Of a stretch of 64,000 nt of DNA, positions 59,214 through 64,000 are shown one piece after another. The stretch comes from an uncultured Acidobacteriota bacterium (lineage in GTDB: Bacteria > Acidobacteriota > UBA6911 > RPQK01 > JAPXNP01): NCBI GenBank assembly GCA_963777605.1, contig CAVZRV010000030.1:96001-160000 (forward strand), read 5' to 3'. A program made the position numbers and the translations under genes. The notes below the pieces were generated by a model that was not told where the DNA came from, made no database searches, and was given only the letters and a program-made list of their open reading frames with translations. Position 1 is the first letter of the stretch. Every line of letters begins with the position of its first letter.

Positions 59214-61193
59214 ATGAAGACCATGAGGCAGAATCCGGGAACCGTATCCATCCTCGTCCTGGTCGTGATCACGTCTGCAGCCTGGCGCGACTACCGGGTG
59301 GAGTATGAGGCCTCCGTGGACGGAATCTTCGTGCTCCAGCGGCTGGAAATGGCGCAGTTGGCAAGTCAGGACCCGGTGAACGCACCCACCGTCTTGGACC
59401 AGTGGGCACGTGAGGTGGAGAGTGCGGACTCACCCCTTCGCCTTATCTCTACCGCCTTGGAAGCAGCAGACATTCCGGTACCCGAGGTCGTTTCACTTGG
59501 AGAGGATCTGAGCGCCGTGGAACTTCTGGATTCTGTCGCCCTGGGGGCTCACACGGTCCTTGAGGCGGAAGCGCTCGGAGCACTGGGCGAGAACGAACGA
59601 GCCCTCCTTCCGTTTATGGTGCGGTACCTCATGACCACGGGCGGGACCTATCACTCCAGTTCGCTGGAGGCTCCATCGTACAACTGGGGACTGGAGGCCG
59701 GGCTTGCTCCGACGAAGCTGGCATGCCAAGAGCTCGTGAGCCTCACCGGGTACGACTATTCGATCAACTCGGCAAGGCTCGTGAGCGCAACGGATGATCT
59801 GCCGGAGTATTGTGAAGTAGAGGGGCAGATCCTACCGGAGGTCGCGTTCAAGCTGAGGCTCCCGACCCGATGGAACCAGCGCTTCCTGATGCTGGGAAAC
59901 GGGGGCTTCGCCGGCGGGATCAGCGGGAATCTCAACCTGGTCCGGGAGTTCCTCGCGGTGGCCGGAACCAACACCGGTCACATCTCGCCGCCGCAGCTCG
60001 AACAGGCAGCAAGCTTCGCCCAGGATCGCCAGAAGCTGATCGACTTCGGCTACCGGGCGGTTCACGTAACGTCGCTGACAGCCAAGGAGATCATCGGCCT
60101 CTACTACGATCTCCCCTTGGAGTATTCTTACTTCTCGGGAAGCTCGACCGGCGGGCGGCAGGGTCTGATGTCCGCGCAGCGCTTCCCCGACGACTTCGAC
60201 GGCATCCTCGTGGGCGCACCGGTGGTGGACCATGTCGGCATGGTCATCTCGCATGCCTGGATCGCGAAGGCGCTGAGGAACGCTCCGAAAGACCTTCGCT
60301 TGCTTGCCGAGCGGGTCTATGAGAAATGCGACAGCGTGGACGGACTCATGGACGGCCTTATCGACGATCCACGCCGCTGCGCATTCGATCCGTCCGACGA
60401 TCTGCCGGCCTGCGGTGCCAGAGCGGACAGGTCCGAGTGTTACACGGAAAGCGAAATCCGGGCGCTCGCGGCGGTCTATGAAGACGTGGTCGTGGATGGG
60501 GAGCGGTTGTTTCCGGCATTTCCCGTTGGATCGGAAGCCTTCGTCGACTTCTCCGGCGTGGGAGTGACCACCGGTCCGGGCTGGTACTTATGGAGGGTGG
60601 GAGTGGAGAAGCCCCTCTTCGAAGCATTCACGGAGACCTTCCTCCGGTACATGGCCTTCGAGCGAGCCGATCCAGACTTCGACATGTTCACGTTCGATTT
60701 CCAGGAGGATCCGGCACGGATGGAGTGGGTCCGCCCCATCCTCGATGCAACCGATCCCGATCTGCGTCGATTCAGGGATAGGGGCGGAAAGATGCTCATG
60801 TACTTCGGGTGGGCCGACCCGGCCGCCAATCCCCTGATGGGCATCGAGTACTACGAGCGCGTATTGGAGAAGATGGGTCCCTCGGTGCCGGAGTTCTTCA
60901 GGTTGTTCATGGTGCCGGGCATGTTCCACGGGGACGTTGGAGTTGGAGTTGACAGGGTCTCGTGGATTCCGGAGCTCATGGATTGGGTGGAAGAGGGAGA
61001 AGCCCCGGACCGGATCGTCGGGACCCGCAGTGGACAAACCCCGAGGGTGGGCGATGACCCGATCGGACGCACCCGCCCGCTCTGCCCGTACCCTCAGATT
61101 GCCAGATACAAGGGCGAGGGGAGCATCGACGACGCGGCGAACTTCGAGTGCACAGACCCCACATCGCCCGTCGGCTCCACCGGTCACAACTGA
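59214..61193 (+). CDS. Tannase/feruloyl esterase (MHETase-family) alpha/beta hydrolase with an extra N-terminal domain
   Basis: LPTRWNQRF, GNGGFAG, TNTGH, DFGYRAVH, GSSTGGRQG, DFDGILVGAP, CDxxDGLxDG, GGKMLMYFGWAD, PGMFH and TRPLCPYP. Confidence 0.92.
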   Translation: MKTMRQNPGTVSILVLVVITSAAWRDYRVEYEASVDGIFVLQRLEMAQLASQDPVNAPTVLDQWAREVESADSPLRLISTALEAADIPVPEVVSLGEDLSAVELLDSVALGAHTVLEAEALGALGENERALLPFMVRYLMTTGGTYHSSSLEAPSYNWGLEAGLAPTKLACQELVSLTGYDYSINSARLVSATDDLPEYCEVEGQILPEVAFKLRLPTRWNQRFLMLGNGGFAGGISGNLNLVREFLAVAGTNTGHISPPQLEQAASFAQDRQKLIDFGYRAVHVTSLTAKEIIGLYYDLPLEYSYFSGSSTGGRQGLMSAQRFPDDFDGILVGAPVVDHVGMVISHAWIAKALRNAPKDLRLLAERVYEKCDSVDGLMDGLIDDPRRCAFDPSDDLPACGARADRSECYTESEIRALAAVYEDVVVDGERLFPAFPVGSEAFVDFSGVGVTTGPGWYLWRVGVEKPLFEAFTETFLRYMAFERADPDFDMFTFDFQEDPARMEWVRPILDATDPDLRRFRDRGGKMLMYFGWADPAANPLMGIEYYERVLEKMGPSVPEFFRLFMVPGMFHGDVGVGVDRVSWIPELMDWVEEGEAPDRIVGTRSGQTPRVGDDPIGRTRPLCPYPQIARYKGEGSIDDAANFECTDPTSPVGSTGHN

Positions 61194-61213
61194 AGACGAA
61201 ATGAGCCTTGGAC

Positions 61214-61597
61214 GGCGCTGTCAAGTTAGTGGTGGCCAAGAGAATTGAAGACAGAAGACGCCCAGGCTAAGTGCTGCTCAGCAGGCGCAGGTCACCTCTC
61301 TCCAATGGGAGAAAGCCCTGTCGCGGAGTCGTCTGCTAAGCTTGTCGGTGGTCAGTTTCCACGGCGGTTCCCCTTGTCCTTTCAACACCTTACGGAAGAA
61401 CCGCTTAGCTGCTTTCGTGTTTCGCCTCCTGGTTACCAGGATGTCGAGAACATCGCCATCCTGATCGACTGCTCTCCAAAGATAGAACTGTAGGCCCTGA
61501 ATCTTCATAACCAATGATCTCAGCAGGAAAACGATGACCTTTGAAGAGCGAGTTCATTCCTGTATCTTCTCAACGAGCCCATCAACTTGACAGTGCC
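61214..61597 (-). mobile_element. Internally deleted IS6-family element (384 bp) with both terminal inverted repeats
   Basis: IRs GGCGCTGTCAAGTT (61214) and AACTTGACAGTGCC (61584); transposase fragment YLWRAVDQDGDVLDILVxxRRxxxAAKRFF...TDKL. Confidence 0.88.
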
Positions 61598-61621
61598 GTT
61601 GTGAGGGCTCCTGGATGTCGT

Positions 61622-63835
61622 TCAGAAACGGTCGAGGTTCATTACCTTGCCCCAAGCGGTGACGAAGTCGTTCACGAACAATTCGGTCGCATCATCGGAG
61701 GCATAAGCCTCGGAAACCGCTCGAAGTTCAGAGTTCGATCCGAAGACGAGATCAACCGGGGTGGCAGTCCACTTCAGCTTGCCGGTCGCCCGGTCGTAAC
61801 CCTCGTAAAGCCCCTCGGATTTTGCAGACTTCTGCCACTTGGTCGACATGTCGAGCAAGTTGACGAAGAAGTCGTTGCTTAGCGTGCCGGGACGGTTGGT
61901 GAATACACCATTTACCGAGTGCCCGCTGTTTGCATCGAGTGCGCGCATACCACCAACCAGCACCGTCATCTCCGGAACCGTCAGTTCCAACATATTGGCC
62001 TTATCGACCAGCATTTGCGCCGGAGGAAGGTGGCTGTCTGCGCCGTAATAGTTGCGGAAGCCGTCGGCGTGGGGGCGCAGGTGCTCGTAAGATGCGACAT
62101 CGGTCTGCGACTGCGTGGCATCGACCCGGCCCGGGGTAAATGGCACGCTCACGCTATGGCCAGCCTTCTTCGCCGCCTGTTCGATGGCTGCGTTGCCGCC
62201 GAGCACGATGAGATCCGCGATCGACACTTGCTTGTTGCCGGTGGCCGAGCTGTTGAATTTCTTCTGGATACCTTCCAGTCTGCCAAGCACCCTGGTCAAT
62301 TCGGCCGGGTCATTGACGGCCCAACTCATGGCAGGCTCCAACCGGACGCGGGCACCATTGGCGCCGCCTCGCATGTCGGTCCCCCGAAAGGTCGATGCGG
62401 AGGCCCACGCAGCCTTGACCAATTCGGGGGCGGTAAGGCCCGTCGCCAGTATCTGCGCCTTGAGCTGGCTCACATCGGATGCGTCGATCGTCGCGTAATC
62501 CGCCTTGGGAAGCGGGTCCTGCCATGAGAAGGATTCCTTCGGTACGTCGTTGCCGAGGTAGCGGGCGATTGGCCCCATATCGCGATGGGTCAACTTGAAC
62601 CAGGCACGCGCAAAAGCGGCGGCAAACTCATCAGGATTGTCGTGGAAGCGCTTGGAAATCACCCGGAAGCCGGGATCTTCTTTCAGTGCGATATCTGTGG
62701 TGAACATTATCGGCGCGTGTCGCTTGCCCTGGACATGAGCGTCGGGGACCAAATTTGCGGCATTGGGGTCAGTGGGAATCCATTGCGTCGCGCCGGCCGG
62801 GCTCTTCGTCTTGACCCATTCGAAACGGAACAGATTGTCAAAATAATCCGTTGTAAAGGCTATCGGGTTGGCTGACCATGCGCCCTCAAGACCGCTGGAG
62901 ACGGTGTCCTCGGCATTGCCCTTGCCGCACTTGTTTTCCCAGCCAAGTCCCTGCTTCTCCACGCCCGCGCTCGCGGGATCAGCCCCGACACATTCGTCAG
63001 GCTTGTGGGCTCCGTGCGCTTTGCCAAATGTGTGCCCGCCGGCAATCAATGCGATAGTCTCTTCATCGTTCATCGCCATGTTGCCGAAAGCGATGCGAAT
63101 GGCTTTCGCGGCCGCGAGCGGATCGGGATTGCCGCCTGGTCCCTCCGGGTTGACGTAGATCAGGCCCATCTGGGTCGCAGCGAGTGGACCTATGAGATTC
63201 CCATCCTTGTCGAAACGGTCGGCAGCGAGAAACTTCGTTTCCGGACCCCAGAACACCAGGTCCGGCTGCCAGGTATCGACCCGACCACCGGCAAAACCAA
63301 TGGTCTTGAAGCCCATGTTTTCCAGCGCGACATTGCCCGTAAGAACCATCAGGTCGCCCCAGGAAAGCTTGCGGCCGTATTTCTGCTTTATCGGCCAGAC
63401 CAGGCGGCGCGCCTTGTCGAGACTGATATTGTCAGGCCATGAGTTGAGCGGTTCGAAACGCTGTTCGCCGCCCCCAGCGCCGCCGCGCCCGTCACCGACG
63501 CGGTAAGTTCCTGCACCATGCCAGGCCATGCGGATGAAAAACGGGCCGTAATTACCATAGTCGGCCGGCCACCACGGCTGGGAGGTAGTCAGAACTTTGT
63601 CGATGTCTTTCTTGACAGCGTCGAGGTCAAGCGTGGCAAACTCGGTCGCATAGTCGAAGTTGTCACCATAGGGATTGTCCCCCGCGTCGTTCTGGCGCAG
63701 CGCGCTCAGGTCCAGCCGGTTCGGCCACCAGTCCTGGTTGGACATAACCTTTTCTTCGGCCTGGGCAGGACTTGCCAGCATGACAGGAGCCATTGCTGCG
63801 AAAATGGCTATGAATGATACTGAAACTTTGTCCAT
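61622..63835 (-). CDS. katG: Catalase-peroxidase with N-terminal signal peptide
   Basis: [19 protein letters not shown], IRMAWHxAGTYR, [22 protein letters not shown] and [12 protein letters not shown]; AGGAGG RBS; AQA cleavage site. Confidence 0.97.
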   Translation of the reverse strand: MDKVSVSFIAIFAAMAPVMLASPAQAEEKVMSNQDWWPNRLDLSALRQNDAGDNPYGDNFDYATEFATLDLDAVKKDIDKVLTTSQPWWPADYGNYGPFFIRMAWHGAGTYRVGDGRGGAGGGEQRFEPLNSWPDNISLDKARRLVWPIKQKYGRKLSWGDLMVLTGNVALENMGFKTIGFAGGRVDTWQPDLVFWGPETKFLAADRFDKDGNLIGPLAATQMGLIYVNPEGPGGNPDPLAAAKAIRIAFGNMAMNDEETIALIAGGHTFGKAHGAHKPDECVGADPASAGVEKQGLGWENKCGKGNAEDTVSSGLEGAWSANPIAFTTDYFDNLFRFEWVKTKSPAGATQWIPTDPNAANLVPDAHVQGKRHAPIMFTTDIALKEDPGFRVISKRFHDNPDEFAAAFARAWFKLTHRDMGPIARYLGNDVPKESFSWQDPLPKADYATIDASDVSQLKAQILATGLTAPELVKAAWASASTFRGTDMRGGANGARVRLEPAMSWAVNDPAELTRVLGRLEGIQKKFNSSATGNKQVSIADLIVLGGNAAIEQAAKKAGHSVSVPFTPGRVDATQSQTDVASYEHLRPHADGFRNYYGADSHLPPAQMLVDKANMLELTVPEMTVLVGGMRALDANSGHSVNGVFTNRPGTLSNDFFVNLLDMSTKWQKSAKSEGLYEGYDRATGKLKWTATPVDLVFGSNSELRAVSEAYASDDATELFVNDFVTAWGKVMNLDRF

Positions 63836-63860
63836 TTCTTCCTCCTAAGGTGAACCTAAG

Positions 63861-64000
63861 GGCACTGTCAGGTTGAAGCTTAGTCAGGGACAATCGTAGC
63901 TTGAACAGCATAATATAGGGGCTACCGGTTCCCGCCGTAGATCATCAGTCTCTCCGTTTGATATTACCGCCGTTTTCAGCTGAGCCTTCGCGACATCGAG
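63861..64000. mobile_element. Terminal inverted repeat of a second IS6-family element, running off the window
   Basis: GGCACTGTCAGGTTGA at 63861 is nearly identical to the reverse complement of the IR at 61584-61597. Confidence 0.6.

Noticed and set aside
61206-61605. Target-site duplication around the IS6 remnant
   Set aside because: The flanking 8-mers (CCTTGGAC and GTTGTGAG) do not match.

Overview
GC-rich bacterial chromosomal window, probably Acidobacteriota (inferred from the GWxTD protein, the TPR/caspase proteins and the 'FP(Q/H)xAxGxG' surface-protein module). Positions 1-52.7 kb hold mostly metabolic and envelope genes. The right end is accessory DNA: a group II intron, a ZU5/HFS surface protein, a tRNA-Arg(TCT) 3' fragment that looks like an att junction, IS91 and IS6 remnants, a tannase-family esterase and an exported KatG. 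The best candidate for an undescribed system is a tightly coupled four-gene operon at 39.2-45.0 kb. It encodes a lysine 2,3-aminomutase, a GNAT-deacetylase fusion, a non-canonical Ddl-like ATP-grasp ligase and an ATP-grasp-GNAT fusion, and it sits behind a highly structured leader. Also notable are a group II intron with non-canonical GCGCG...AG ends, a compensatory gamma-gamma' change and a palindromic target, and a CHT1/SLC5A7-like choline symporter coupled to phosphatidylcholine synthase. Four single-base frameshifts occur; the three in the first 7 kb are probably sequencing errors. All family calls come from motif recognition by eye; no searches were run.
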